64,000 nucleotides of DNA from an uncultured Gammaproteobacteria bacterium (GCA_964645605.1 CAZYCE010000001.1:128063-192062); one strand, 5' to 3'; shown: positions 9,076-19,255, numbered from the stretch's first letter. Program-made: numbers and translations. The notes: generated by a model not told the origin, from the sequence alone.

Positions 9076-11284
9076 ATTGGGTACTTGCTCCCGTATTTAG
9101 GATATCGTTTTTATTTATTCCTTGAGAAGATGACGGAGGGGTGCAGCGTCTTACTGGTCTTGTTTCATCTAAAAACCACTCTTGTTTAGTCACACACCCG
9201 TCACATGGAAGGGATCCTGTGGCGGAGCAAATATTGATTCTACTCACACCTGTTGGTGGATTCCAGTCGATTGAAGGTTGTCCGTTTAATACTGCCGACA
9301 TTATTTTATTCCAGATAGGTGATGCACCCGTTACGCCTGAGGCAACACGGCTCATGGGAGAGTTATCATTATTCCCAACCCAAGCTAGAACCAGATAATT
9401 TTGGTTATATCCCACTGTCCAGTTGTCCCGAAGATCGTTGCTTGTGCCGGTTTTGACAGCCACTTCGGGGTGGTTTTTAATAACCAGATAGGAGTTAAAA
9501 CCAAATTCGGGAGCACGGGCAACATTATCCTTTAAAACATCGGTCAAAAGAAAAGCGACTCTTTCATCGATTGTTTGGATTGTAATAGGATCATTTTTTT
9601 CTAAAGTTTGCCCCTTATAGTTTTTTACTTCCAGTATTGGTAAAAGGTCTGGAGTACGGCCGGAATTTGAAAGTGTTGCATAAACCTTAGCCAGCTCTAA
9701 ACCCTTAACGGCTCCTCCACCAAGGGTAAGTGATAAACCGTAATTTGAAGGTTCTGTCCAAGTGGTAATACCCATTTTTTGCCCTTCTTCAATCATTTTG
9801 GAAACTCCATACGAAGCCAAAACTTTGACAGCCGGTATATTTCTGCTTTCTGCCAGTGCGCTTCTTAATGTAATCCGTCCACGGTATTTTCCGTCATAAT
9901 TAACGGGAGAGTAGGGCGTGGTGCCCGGGGTATAAAAAGTAATCGGGGAATCATCTATTGTTGAGGCGAGTGTCATTCCATTCGCCAAAGCATAGGCATA
10001 ATTTACAACTTTGATGGAACTGCCTGGCTGTCTCAAGCTTGTTAGTACGTTAACATTTCCGTCTTGTTCCACATCAAAATAATCTTTGGATCCAACCATG
10101 GCCAATATTTCTCCAGTTTGGGGATTAATTACAAGCGCTGCTCCATTTCCTACATGTAGGTTTTTTAATTTATCAACTTCATCTTTGACCACATTCTCGG
10201 CAGTTTCCTGAATAGATAAATCCAGACTTGTTATGACCTCCAGACCTCCTTTTTCGACAATCTCCTCGCCATATTTATCAACAAGTATCTGCCGGATATA
10301 CATGACGAAGTGAGGGGCTTTAATCTCAGTCTTTTTTGAAACAAAATGAAGTTTTTCTCCAGCCGTTTCAACCTCCTGTGCTTGGGTAATATATCCGTTG
10401 ACTCTCATTAAATGTAATACCTCTCTTTGCCTTTCGAAGGCAAGATCCGGGTTTGAGCCGAAAGGAGAAAAGCTTGTCGGACTTTTTGGAAGTCCCGCCA
10501 AAAGAGCCGCTTCGGCAAGATCTAACTGGGTAACATTTTTTCCAAAATACGATTCGGAGGCCTCCTCTATTCCATATGCCGTTCCACCATAGCTGACCTC
10601 ATTCAAATACATTTCCAGAATTTGATCCTTGGTATACATTCCCTCAATTTCTATTGAGAGAATAATCTCACGGATTTTACGAGTCAAAGTTTTTTCCGGG
10701 GATAAAAGAGTATTTTTAACCAGCTGTTGGGTGATTGTGGAACCTCCTTGAGTCGAGCCGGTTTTGATATCATTTATGATAGCCCTGAATATTCCCCTAA
10801 CTGAAAAACCGGGATGAGAATAAAACTCTGCATCCTCCGCGGCAAGAGTTGCAAGCCTTACGCTTTCTGGTATTTGTGTTAAAGGAATGATAGTTCTATT
10901 TTTGTCTTTATAAATTTTATAGAGAAGATTTCCGTTTCTATCGTAAATTTTAGTTGAAACCTCTGGGGTTCTTGAAGCTAGTTCGGAGGGGGAGGGCATG
11001 TCTTTAAGAATTAGTAAATAAAAAACTAAACCAGTTCCTAAAATTGCGGTGGTAATTAATACAAAAACCCAAGGTAATTTGACAGGCTTTTTGTATTTAT
11101 GAATCGGTTTAACTTTTTTAACTTTTTTCTTCCCCTTTTTCCTTTTTTGGGGTTTGGATACTTTTTTAAATTTAATGGAGTTGATTTTGTCGATGATTAA
11201 AACCGGCAGAAGAATTAGACCGGCGAAAAGAAAATAAAATGGTTTTCCGAGCAAAGACAGGATGCGTTTTATGGCCTTAAGCAT
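9065..11284 (-). CDS. class A penicillin-binding protein (bifunctional glycosyltransferase/transpeptidase, PBP1A-like)
   Basis: GT51 motifs (RNGNLLYKIY...EDAEFYSHPG...RKIRE) and transpeptidase SxxK (GSSIK), 739 aa. Lys-rich N-terminal extension before the TM segment. Confidence 0.85.
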   Translation of the reverse strand: MLKAIKRILSLLGKPFYFLFAGLILLPVLIIDKINSIKFKKVSKPQKRKKGKKKVKKVKPIHKYKKPVKLPWVFVLITTAILGTGLVFYLLILKDMPSPSELASRTPEVSTKIYDRNGNLLYKIYKDKNRTIIPLTQIPESVRLATLAAEDAEFYSHPGFSVRGIFRAIINDIKTGSTQGGSTITQQLVKNTLLSPEKTLTRKIREIILSIEIEGMYTKDQILEMYLNEVSYGGTAYGIEEASESYFGKNVTQLDLAEAALLAGLPKSPTSFSPFGSNPDLAFERQREVLHLMRVNGYITQAQEVETAGEKLHFVSKKTEIKAPHFVMYIRQILVDKYGEEIVEKGGLEVITSLDLSIQETAENVVKDEVDKLKNLHVGNGAALVINPQTGEILAMVGSKDYFDVEQDGNVNVLTSLRQPGSSIKVVNYAYALANGMTLASTIDDSPITFYTPGTTPYSPVNYDGKYRGRITLRSALAESRNIPAVKVLASYGVSKMIEEGQKMGITTWTEPSNYGLSLTLGGGAVKGLELAKVYATLSNSGRTPDLLPILEVKNYKGQTLEKNDPITIQTIDERVAFLLTDVLKDNVARAPEFGFNSYLVIKNHPEVAVKTGTSNDLRDNWTVGYNQNYLVLAWVGNNDNSPMSRVASGVTGASPIWNKIMSAVLNGQPSIDWNPPTGVSRINICSATGSLPCDGCVTKQEWFLDETRPVRRCTPPSSSQGINKNDILNTGASTQFSR

Positions 11285-11343
11285 ATCGAGCTATTTTCCG
11301 CGAATTGTACCAGCAAAGAGTCCAAAATAATAGATTTAGTGTT

Positions 11344-13563
11344 CTAAAGAGGATAATTGATAGTTGCCGAAGCGGAGGCAAAAGAACAGGTTAGGCAGTA
11401 GATGGCACCATTAGGATCGGTATATATGGGTTTATTTTCAGTGTGAACCTGATCCGGGGGATCGGTAGGGGCGGCCAGCTGCCCCGTGGCATTATTAATA
11501 AAAACATCTTGGTTGACGATATTAGGCGTTGCGGGAACTGTACCGGAAAGAAAATATTCAAACCTGGTTGCACAGCCCGGATTGGCTGGATCCTGCGAAG
11601 GAGGCGCTCCACCCGTATCGGCACAAACGGTCGCCCCAACTACCCCGTCCGGCTGTTTTGGCCAGGCGTGCCCTTTTTCATTTTGGTCATAAGCTCCCGA
11701 CTCTGCCTTAGTCAGCACCGCTTTCATAATTTTATTCCAGATAGGAGAGGCGCCGGAGACTCCCGATACTGCTCCACCCATGGGGGTGTTGTCGTTATTT
11801 CCGACCCAGGCAACGACGACGGCATTAGCAGAATATCCCACGGTCCAGTTGTCACGGCGGTCATTTGTGGTGCCGGTTTTTACTGAAACTTCAGGGTGAC
11901 CCGAGACGTTAAGATATGAACTTGGGCCAAAAGCCGCACTCCTTGCGTTATTATCGTAAAGTGTGTGAGAAATTAAGAATGTTACAGTCGGTTCCAAGAC
12001 CCTCGGCCCTGTCAATGTGTTTTTGCTCACGTCATGTTCTTCAAGAGTATTTCCTTTCCAGTCAGTAACTTTTGTGATTGCAACAAGAGGCTGTTCAACG
12101 CCCTGATTTGCAAAAACTCCGAACGCTACCGCCATGTCATAGGGGCGCACCAGAACCCCTCCCAAAGTTGCTGAAAGACCATAGTCTTTAGGGTCTGTGA
12201 GGGTTGTGATTCCCATTTGTTTAGCAAAATCTATAAAGTTTTCCAAGCCGTTTAGAGCCAAAACTTTGACTGCAGGAATATTGTAAGAATTCCCTAAGGC
12301 GAATCTAGCCTGCACCAGTCCATGAAACGTGCCATCGTAGTTTACGGGGCAATAATTTGCCTGGCCGAACACTTTAAAACAAGTGGGGATATCCGCGAGA
12401 GCTGTTGCCAGGGTAATTTTTTGATCTCTCAAGGCAAGGGCATAATTAAGCGGTTTGATGGAGCTTCCGGGTTGTCTTTGGGACAGCACGACATTTACCT
12501 TTCCGTCTTCATCTGTGGCAAAATAATCTTTGGATCCAACCATTGCCAGAATTTCTCCCGTTGAAGGTCTGGTGACAATTGCGGCTCCGTTTCCGACTTT
12601 CTGTTTGGTTAGTTTGCCGACTTCGGTAGCTACAGCTTGTTGAGCAAAGTTTTGGATATCTAGATCAAGTGTCGTATAAACTCTTAAGCCGCCCTGCTCA
12701 ACGGTTTTTTCTCCATATTTTTCGGCTAATTGCTCTTTGATCCAAAGCGCAAAGTGAGTTGCCTCAGAAGGCTTGATGCTTGTATAATTTAGTGCCTCAG
12801 CGTTTGCCCGATCAGATTCATCCTGAGTGATGTATTTGTTGAAAACCATTTGTTTTAATACTTCCTGCTGTCTTCCCTTAGCCATTTCCGGGTGGGCCCC
12901 AAATGGAGAATAAGTTGATGGTCTTTGAGGAAGACCTGCCAAAAGAGCTGATTCTGAAAGGTTAAGATCTTTTGCCGGTTTTCCGAAGTAGGTTTCGGAA
13001 GCCGACTCGATTCCATAGGCCGTTCCTCCGTAAGGAATTGTATTTAAGTACATTTCTAAGATTTGATCTTTGGAATATACTGACTCAACGATAATAGTCA
13101 AAACAAGTTCCTGAGCTTTTCTTCTCACGGTTCTTTCATCGCTTAACAAAGACTTTTTTACAAGTTGCTGGGAAATAGTTGATCCACCTTGAAGTTCGTG
13201 CTTAAAAATAGTGTTATAAAGCGCCCTGACAATTCCTGTATAGGAAACTCCCTGGTGTTTGTAGAAGTCTTTGTCTTCTATGGATATAGTAGCCTCTTTA
13301 ATATGGTCAGGAATCTCATTTAACTTAATTGGAGTTCTCCTTTTATCCGTGTATATTTCATAAATAAGTTTACCGTTTCTGTCGAAAATTTTTGTTGAAA
13401 CAGGCATGGGTTGGGAGATTAGTTTGGTGGGGAAGGGGATTCCCCAAAAAAGATATACTGCCACACTGGTTACAAAACCCCAGTAGAAAACGGCTTTAAC
13501 ACCGTGTCTGGTTGAGAAAAGCCCTTTAAATTTTTTGCCAATAAACGAAAGCACTTTTTTCAT
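11344..13563 (-). CDS. class A penicillin-binding protein (PBP1A-like), paralog of the adjacent gene
   Basis: GT51 motifs (EDKDFYKHQG) and SxxK (PGSSIKP), 739 aa. Tandem with the previous PBP on the same strand. Confidence 0.85.
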   Translation of the reverse strand: MKKVLSFIGKKFKGLFSTRHGVKAVFYWGFVTSVAVYLFWGIPFPTKLISQPMPVSTKIFDRNGKLIYEIYTDKRRTPIKLNEIPDHIKEATISIEDKDFYKHQGVSYTGIVRALYNTIFKHELQGGSTISQQLVKKSLLSDERTVRRKAQELVLTIIVESVYSKDQILEMYLNTIPYGGTAYGIESASETYFGKPAKDLNLSESALLAGLPQRPSTYSPFGAHPEMAKGRQQEVLKQMVFNKYITQDESDRANAEALNYTSIKPSEATHFALWIKEQLAEKYGEKTVEQGGLRVYTTLDLDIQNFAQQAVATEVGKLTKQKVGNGAAIVTRPSTGEILAMVGSKDYFATDEDGKVNVVLSQRQPGSSIKPLNYALALRDQKITLATALADIPTCFKVFGQANYCPVNYDGTFHGLVQARFALGNSYNIPAVKVLALNGLENFIDFAKQMGITTLTDPKDYGLSATLGGVLVRPYDMAVAFGVFANQGVEQPLVAITKVTDWKGNTLEEHDVSKNTLTGPRVLEPTVTFLISHTLYDNNARSAAFGPSSYLNVSGHPEVSVKTGTTNDRRDNWTVGYSANAVVVAWVGNNDNTPMGGAVSGVSGASPIWNKIMKAVLTKAESGAYDQNEKGHAWPKQPDGVVGATVCADTGGAPPSQDPANPGCATRFEYFLSGTVPATPNIVNQDVFINNATGQLAAPTDPPDQVHTENKPIYTDPNGAIYCLTCSFASASATINYPL

Positions 13564-13621
13564 TTGGAAGGAAACTATCTTACATTATATTACACTGCGA
13601 ATCAAAAAAACTTTTGCTACA

Positions 13622-14146
13622 ATGTATAAAGGTATGGAAGCACTGGAATCTCTGAAATCAAAGCCATGGTGGAGTTATTTGGGGGGGGACATCCAAAAAC
13701 TTCTTTTAACCTCTCAGTTTATTTACGATGCCGTTGAAAGTTGGGGAGTGGATTTGCCGGGTGGAAAAAAACAATTCCATGATTATTCTTTTGTAATTTT
13801 CCCTGCCGCTAAAGCCTATGAAGGTTTTCTGAAAAAAATATTTTTGGATATGGGTTTTATCACTCAGGAGGATTACTTCGGTAAACATTTTAGGATAGGC
13901 AAATCACTTAATCCCTCTTTGCCTAAGGAGTTGAGGCGTGAAAGTGTGTATGACAGAATTGTGACATATTGTGGCGGTCGAATACTTGCAGATAACCTTT
14001 GGGAAACATGGAGGGTATGCAGAAACTTGCCTTTCCACTGGTTTCCAAATGAAAAAAATGCAATAACCCTGCCTGAAGCAAAGGCAAGAATAGAAATGAT
14101 TGTCAATGCCATGGACAAGGCATTTGAAGGGTGCAAACTAAAATAA
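13622..14146 (+). CDS. hypothetical protein (possible Rx4H HEPN-like motif near C-terminus)
   Basis: Start chosen at the ATG at 13622 because the track start at 13535 overlaps the PBP gene start. No confident family. RNLPFH fits an R-x4-H pattern only loosely. Confidence 0.4.
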   Translation: MYKGMEALESLKSKPWWSYLGGDIQKLLLTSQFIYDAVESWGVDLPGGKKQFHDYSFVIFPAAKAYEGFLKKIFLDMGFITQEDYFGKHFRIGKSLNPSLPKELRRESVYDRIVTYCGGRILADNLWETWRVCRNLPFHWFPNEKNAITLPEAKARIEMIVNAMDKAFEGCKLK

Positions 14147-14218
14147 ATGTTTATACCAATCTAAACTCGGTGTAAAATATGTTTAGCACCTCGGTGTTCG
14201 GTGTAGAACAAAGTAGAG

Positions 14219-14869
14219 ATGACAACCGCAAAAACAACCATAATTAAACACGTAACTATTTTTTCCGTCTATTTAATCCTAATTTGGTCATTTTATCGCT
14301 TTCTTTTTAAGTTGCCGGATTCAGTTGAGGAACTTTTTATAAAACCTGTTCTTTGGTTGGTTCCGATTTTTTGGCTAAATATAAAAGAGAAATTCCCGAT
14401 TTCATCGATAGGTATAACTTTTAAAAATTTATTTCCATCTATTTATCTTTCTTTAGGCCTTGGGGCGATTTTTGTAATTGAGGCTGTTTTGACAAACCTT
14501 TTTAAGTATGGGCATTTTAATTTTGCTGCAAACATAGGTAATTTGCCGATTCTTTCCTCTTTCGGGATCTCATTTGCCACAGCTCTGTCCGAAGAAACTG
14601 CTTTTAGGGGGTATATTTTCGGTAGGCTCTGGTTAGTTTTGAAAGACGAATGGGCTGCAAATATTGCAAGTTCTCTTGCCTGGACTATTGTACATATACC
14701 AATTGCTTTCTTTGTCTGGAAATTGAATTTTGTGTCAGGAATTTTCTACCTATTTATCACGGCCATTTTCGGAATTGGGTCGGCATTTGTTTTTGGGAGA
14801 ACCAAAAATATCGCGGGCTCAATAATCCTGCACGTGCTTTGGGAATGGCCAATAATACTTTTTCGCTAA
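14219..14869 (+). CDS. CPBP-family intramembrane metalloprotease (CAAX protease / Abi-like)
   Basis: A multi-TM protein with the EExxxR motif (SEETAFRGY) and a downstream FxxxH/H motif region (ILHVLWEW) typical of CPBP. Confidence 0.7.
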   Translation: MTTAKTTIIKHVTIFSVYLILIWSFYRFLFKLPDSVEELFIKPVLWLVPIFWLNIKEKFPISSIGITFKNLFPSIYLSLGLGAIFVIEAVLTNLFKYGHFNFAANIGNLPILSSFGISFATALSEETAFRGYIFGRLWLVLKDEWAANIASSLAWTIVHIPIAFFVWKLNFVSGIFYLFITAIFGIGSAFVFGRTKNIAGSIILHVLWEWPIILFR

Positions 14870-14912
14870 CTTGATTTGATTAGACGTTCGAAGTAGCATT
14901 GTAGTTACCCTG

Positions 14913-15533
14913 ATGAAAAAAATTTTGCTGGCGATTGTCGTTTTTGCATTTGCTTTTACAATCCTCCTGATTTCGATTTTTGACTCCTCCGTCATTACCT
15001 ATCCGACTTCTCAATTTGTTCCAGAGACGCTTGAAAATTCAGAGATGCCCAACATCGAATATCCGCTTCCGAAGGCCGGAAAGGTGTTACCGGATAATCC
15101 ACTTTGGAAACTTAAGGCGTTAAGGGACAAAATCTGGTTCGAGATGACAACATCTCACTTGAGAAAGGCTCAACTCGCACTTCTTTTTGCCGACAAAAGG
15201 CTTGTGATGTCTCAGGAGCTTTTTCAAAAAGGGGAGGCAGACATTGCACTCCAGACTTTTACGAAAGCGGAAAAATATTTACCAATTGCGGTTGAACAAG
15301 AAAAAATTGCCAGAGAGCAAGGATATGACACAAACAATTTCTTGTTACAGATGGCTCTGGCTTCCTTGAAGCACAGAGAAATAGCTGGGCATTTGATGCA
15401 GTTAGCCCCAGTTAGTACCCGACCCATAATTGCCCAAAGTGAAATTTACGCAAATGACACATATAAAGCTGCCGTGGAGGCTTTAAATACTAAAGGAATT
15501 TCTATGCCGAAAGACCCGTTTACTGGGGATTAA
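14913..15533 (+). CDS. hypothetical protein with N-terminal signal/TM anchor
   Basis: ORF with a hydrophobic N-terminus. No recognised motifs. Confidence 0.45.
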   Translation: MKKILLAIVVFAFAFTILLISIFDSSVITYPTSQFVPETLENSEMPNIEYPLPKAGKVLPDNPLWKLKALRDKIWFEMTTSHLRKAQLALLFADKRLVMSQELFQKGEADIALQTFTKAEKYLPIAVEQEKIAREQGYDTNNFLLQMALASLKHREIAGHLMQLAPVSTRPIIAQSEIYANDTYKAAVEALNTKGISMPKDPFTGD

Positions 15534-15678
15534 GAGCTTCAATTGCCGTATTTTTTTATACTATTTTTCCACTTGCCAAAAATATCTAGAAATTATTTCC
15601 GCAAAAACTTCAGGAATTAGCAAAAACGCACGCACCCCCCGAGCTTAAGATGATATGTTTTGAACAAAATCTTACTAG

Positions 15679-15706
15679 TTGACAGTCTACTGGTAGTGTT
15701 TATAAA
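15679..15706 (+). promoter_or_regulatory. sigma70-like promoter TTGACA-16-TATAAA upstream of nrdR
   Basis: TTGACA at 15679-15684 and TATAAA at 15701-15706, about 60 nt upstream of the nrdR ATG. A candidate NrdR box lies at 15717-15732. Confidence 0.5.
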
Positions 15707-15764
15707 TTAACATGGTCACTATTTGTAGAGTATTTACTTTACATGCGTGAAACGTTATAGAAAT

Positions 15765-16199
15765 ATGAAATGTCCCTTTTGTGGAACTGCTGAAACAAGT
15801 GTTTTAGAAAGTAGGACCGCCGAAGACGGCTCTATTAGAAGGAGAAGAGAATGCGGTAAGTGCGGGAAGAGATTTTCCACGATTGAGCAGATAAAAAGAA
15901 GTTTTCTATGGGTAATCAAAAAGGATGGCAGAAGAGAAGTTTTTGATAAAGAAAAAATCAAAAAGGGAATACTAAGAGCCATCGAAAAGCGTCCGGTTTC
16001 GCTAGATTTGGTAGATGATATTACGGACCAAATTGAAATGGAAATGTTAAGGGGCGAAAAGCAGGAAATTTCCTCAAGGGTAATCGGAAGTGCGGTCTTG
16101 AAAAGATTGAAAAAAGTAGATAAAGTAGCCTGGCTTAGATTTGCTAGCGTATATCTGGAATTTGAGGATTTGAGCGATTTTGAAAAATTAATTAAATAA
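15765..16199 (+). CDS. nrdR: transcriptional repressor NrdR
   Basis: MKCPFCGTAETSVLESR zinc ribbon followed by an ATP-cone. The ATG at 15765 matches the canonical NrdR N-terminus. The track used an upstream GTG. Confidence 0.9.
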   Translation: MKCPFCGTAETSVLESRTAEDGSIRRRRECGKCGKRFSTIEQIKRSFLWVIKKDGRREVFDKEKIKKGILRAIEKRPVSLDLVDDITDQIEMEMLRGEKQEISSRVIGSAVLKRLKKVDKVAWLRFASVYLEFEDLSDFEKLIK

Positions 16200-16201
16200 A
16201 T

Positions 16202-18670
16202 ATGGCATTACAAACAGTAAAAAGAACTAAAAAAAAGATTAAGGCATCAAGAAAAAGAATTGTCTATAAAAACGGGGAGACAAAAATAACTTTGGAAGAT
16301 CTTATAGCTCCTTCATATGAGGAAATAATGTCTGAAGTATTCAGAAAAGTAGGAAAAAGGCCCGAAAGAGATCCCCAACTACCTGTGGGAATTTGGACGG
16401 AGCAAGCGTTAAAAGTTCTTGAAGAAAGATATCTTATTAAAGATGAAAAACTACAACCGATAGAAACACCGGAAGATATGATTTGGAGAGTTGCGTGGGA
16501 GATGGCTTCTGCTGAGGCAAGGTGGGGCAAGAAGAGGAAAGAAGTTGAGGTTATTGCTAAGGAATTTTATAACCTGATGATTTCCAAAGAATTCTTGCCA
16601 AATTCTCCCACCTTGATGAATGCAGGCACCGGAAACGGTCTTCAATATTCTGCGTGTTTTGTTTTGCCGGTTGAAGATTCAATGGAGGGCATTTTTGATG
16701 CTTTGAAATACCAAGCTTTAATCCATAAAACCGGAGGCGGCACAGGATTTTCATTTAGTAGGCTTAGGGAAGGGGGCTCTGTTGTTAAAACTTCTTCAGG
16801 AATCGCATCGGGGCCGGTTTCTTTCATGAGAATTTTTGATGCTGCGACAAATGAAGTGAAACAAGGCGGAAAAAGAAGGGGGGCAAATATGGGTATACTA
16901 CGCGTGGACCATCCTGATATTTTAGAATTTATCCATTGTAAAGAGACAGGAGGTATAACAAATTTCAATATATCTGTCGCAATTACCGACAAATTTGTCG
17001 AAGCTTATTATAAGGATGAAGAGTATGAACTAATAAGTCCTAAAGCAAAAACAGTTGTTGGAACTCTTTCCGCAAGGCACGTATTTGATGAAATTGCAGA
17101 AGTTGCTTGGAAAACAGGAGACCCGGGCCTTATTTTTATAGACAGGATTAATCAGGGAAGCGCCAACCCCATTCCGGCGCTTGGCCCTATCGAATCAACA
17201 AATCCTTGTGGCGAACAACCGCTCTACCCCTTTGATGTTTGTAATCTCGGAAGTATCTTTTTGACCTACTTTATTAAAGATAAAGACGGCAAGAAAGAGG
17301 TGGATTGGAAAAGACTTCAGAAAGTAATCCATCAAGCGGTCAGATTTCTGGATAACGTCATTGAGGTTAATCCTTTTCCACTTCCGCAAATCAGAAAAGT
17401 CGCCTTCAACGTCAGGAGAATAGGTCTTGGGGTGGGGGGGTGGTCGGACCTGTTAATTGGGCTTGGAATTGCCTATGACAGCAACGAAGCAATAGAGCTG
17501 GCCGAAAAAGTGATGAAGTTTGTTCAGGATGAAGCCGTTTCCGCATCCGAGGAATTGGCAAAACAAAGAGGTCCGTTTTTTCTGTACCCGGTTTCAATTT
17601 ACAGAGAAAAAACTCCCAGAAGGCACTCGGCGGTTACAACGATAGCCCCAACCGGAACAATCTCGATAATTGCTGGAGCAAGTAGCGGAATCGAGCCCTT
17701 GTTTGCAATTGCATATCAACATATTGTCAAAGATAAACATTTGGATAGAAAACTTTCTTTTGTAAATCCCGAGTTCGAAAAAGTAGCAAAGGCGCGTGGC
17801 TTTTGGTCGGAAGATTTGATGGCCAAAGTTTCCGAAAGGGGAGTGGTTAGGGGTATTCCTGAAATTCCGGAGGATGTCAAACGGGTTTTTGGAACCGCTC
17901 ATGAAATCGACATCGATTGGCACATTAAAACGCAGGCAGCCTTTCAAAAATATACGGAAAATGCTGTCAGTAAAACCATAAATTTGAGACACGATGCAAC
18001 CGTAGATGATGTTAAGAAAGCATATTTATCCGCCTGGGAGGGCGGTTGTAAGGGAATTACTATATTCAGAGACGGCAGCAAGGGGGAACAAGTGCTGAAC
18101 TTGGGGTTAAATAAAAAGGAGGATATTAAAGAGGTTGAAGCAGGTGCCAGCCAGATAATTTTGGATAGGCCTGTAAAAGTCGAAGGGGCAACATATAGGA
18201 TCGTTACCCCGCTGGGAAGCGCGTTTATCACTGTAAATCAGGACGCCGCTGGAAATCCTTTTGAAGTTTTTATAACAATCGGAAAGGCGGGAAGTGAAGT
18301 TGCTGCAATGGCGGAAGCCCTTGGTCGCATGATTTCAACGACACTTAGATTTGGTAATCATAAGCCACCAATGGAAAGGGCGCGTGAGATTGTGGAACAG
18401 CTTAGGGGAATAGGCGGGGGAAGATCGGTAGGATTCGGGCCAAACAAAGTTAGATCCCTTCCTGATGCCGTTGCAAAAGCTATCTCAATGCATTTCGGAT
18501 TTAACGGTGATCAGTCAGTAAGCCATGAAATTCCGCCGCAGGTGGGGAGTGCTCCCAATCAGGAAGAAAACGGGGTTGTTGGCGATATTTGTCCCGCCTG
18601 TGGTTCTCCTGCCCTTGTCTATCAGGAGGGTTGCTCCAAATGTTTTGCCTGTGGGCACTCTGAATGCTAA
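16202..18670 (+). CDS. nrdJ: ribonucleotide reductase, class II (adenosylcobalamin-dependent), with C-terminal Zn-ribbon
   Basis: 822 aa with an RNR catalytic core (NPCGEQPL active-site Cys loop). The C-terminal CPACGS...CSKCFACGHSEC is typical of monomeric class II RNRs. No N-terminal ATP-cone is evident. Confidence 0.85.
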   Translation: MALQTVKRTKKKIKASRKRIVYKNGETKITLEDLIAPSYEEIMSEVFRKVGKRPERDPQLPVGIWTEQALKVLEERYLIKDEKLQPIETPEDMIWRVAWEMASAEARWGKKRKEVEVIAKEFYNLMISKEFLPNSPTLMNAGTGNGLQYSACFVLPVEDSMEGIFDALKYQALIHKTGGGTGFSFSRLREGGSVVKTSSGIASGPVSFMRIFDAATNEVKQGGKRRGANMGILRVDHPDILEFIHCKETGGITNFNISVAITDKFVEAYYKDEEYELISPKAKTVVGTLSARHVFDEIAEVAWKTGDPGLIFIDRINQGSANPIPALGPIESTNPCGEQPLYPFDVCNLGSIFLTYFIKDKDGKKEVDWKRLQKVIHQAVRFLDNVIEVNPFPLPQIRKVAFNVRRIGLGVGGWSDLLIGLGIAYDSNEAIELAEKVMKFVQDEAVSASEELAKQRGPFFLYPVSIYREKTPRRHSAVTTIAPTGTISIIAGASSGIEPLFAIAYQHIVKDKHLDRKLSFVNPEFEKVAKARGFWSEDLMAKVSERGVVRGIPEIPEDVKRVFGTAHEIDIDWHIKTQAAFQKYTENAVSKTINLRHDATVDDVKKAYLSAWEGGCKGITIFRDGSKGEQVLNLGLNKKEDIKEVEAGASQIILDRPVKVEGATYRIVTPLGSAFITVNQDAAGNPFEVFITIGKAGSEVAAMAEALGRMISTTLRFGNHKPPMERAREIVEQLRGIGGGRSVGFGPNKVRSLPDAVAKAISMHFGFNGDQSVSHEIPPQVGSAPNQEENGVVGDICPACGSPALVYQEGCSKCFACGHSEC

Positions 18671-18707
18671 TGCATCCAATTAATAATTTATAATTTACAA
18701 TTCACAA

Positions 18708-19232
18708 ATGAGGATTTACACAAGGAAGGGGGATAAAGGAGAGACGGAAACTTTTGGTGGTAAAAAGATTTCTAAAGACGATCTCCTTATCGAAGTTCTG
18801 GGAACGATTGATGAGGTAAACAGTTTTCTTGGTCTATCCGCTTCACTTTTGGACGAGAAATATTTAATTAGCAAAATTACTCAAATCCAAAAAACTCTTT
18901 TTAGACTTGGATCGATAATTGCAGGGGCGGGGGGCAGTATTCCTAAAACAATTGTATCCAAATACGAAAAAGAGATTGATGAGTGGACGAAAATGATGCC
19001 GTCTTTGAAAAATTTTATCTTTCCGGGTGGAACAGCATCTGCATCCTCAATTTTTGTAGCCAGAGCCGTTGTAAGAAGATTGGAAAGACTTTTAGTGCAG
19101 TTGCGAAATTCACCGTTTGTACTACACGATTCGATCTTCATTTATATCAACAGGCTTAGCGACTATCTATTTACATTGGCGCGCTATATAAACTTTAGGC
19201 AAAAGATCAAAGAGTCAACTTGGATCAAATAG
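18708..19232 (+). CDS. ATP:cob(I)alamin adenosyltransferase, PduO-type
   Basis: MRIYTRKGDKGETETFGGKKISKDD matches the PduO/MMAB family N-terminus. Confidence 0.85.
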   Translation: MRIYTRKGDKGETETFGGKKISKDDLLIEVLGTIDEVNSFLGLSASLLDEKYLISKITQIQKTLFRLGSIIAGAGGSIPKTIVSKYEKEIDEWTKMMPSLKNFIFPGGTASASSIFVARAVVRRLERLLVQLRNSPFVLHDSIFIYINRLSDYLFTLARYINFRQKIKESTWIK

Positions 19233-19255
19233 TGGATTGATATACAATTGTATAT

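Noticed and set aside
15747-15764. Track start of nrdR at 15747 (GTG)
   Set aside because: The canonical NrdR N-terminus MKCPFCG begins at the ATG at 15765. The upstream extension has no RBS advantage and would lie over the candidate NrdR box.
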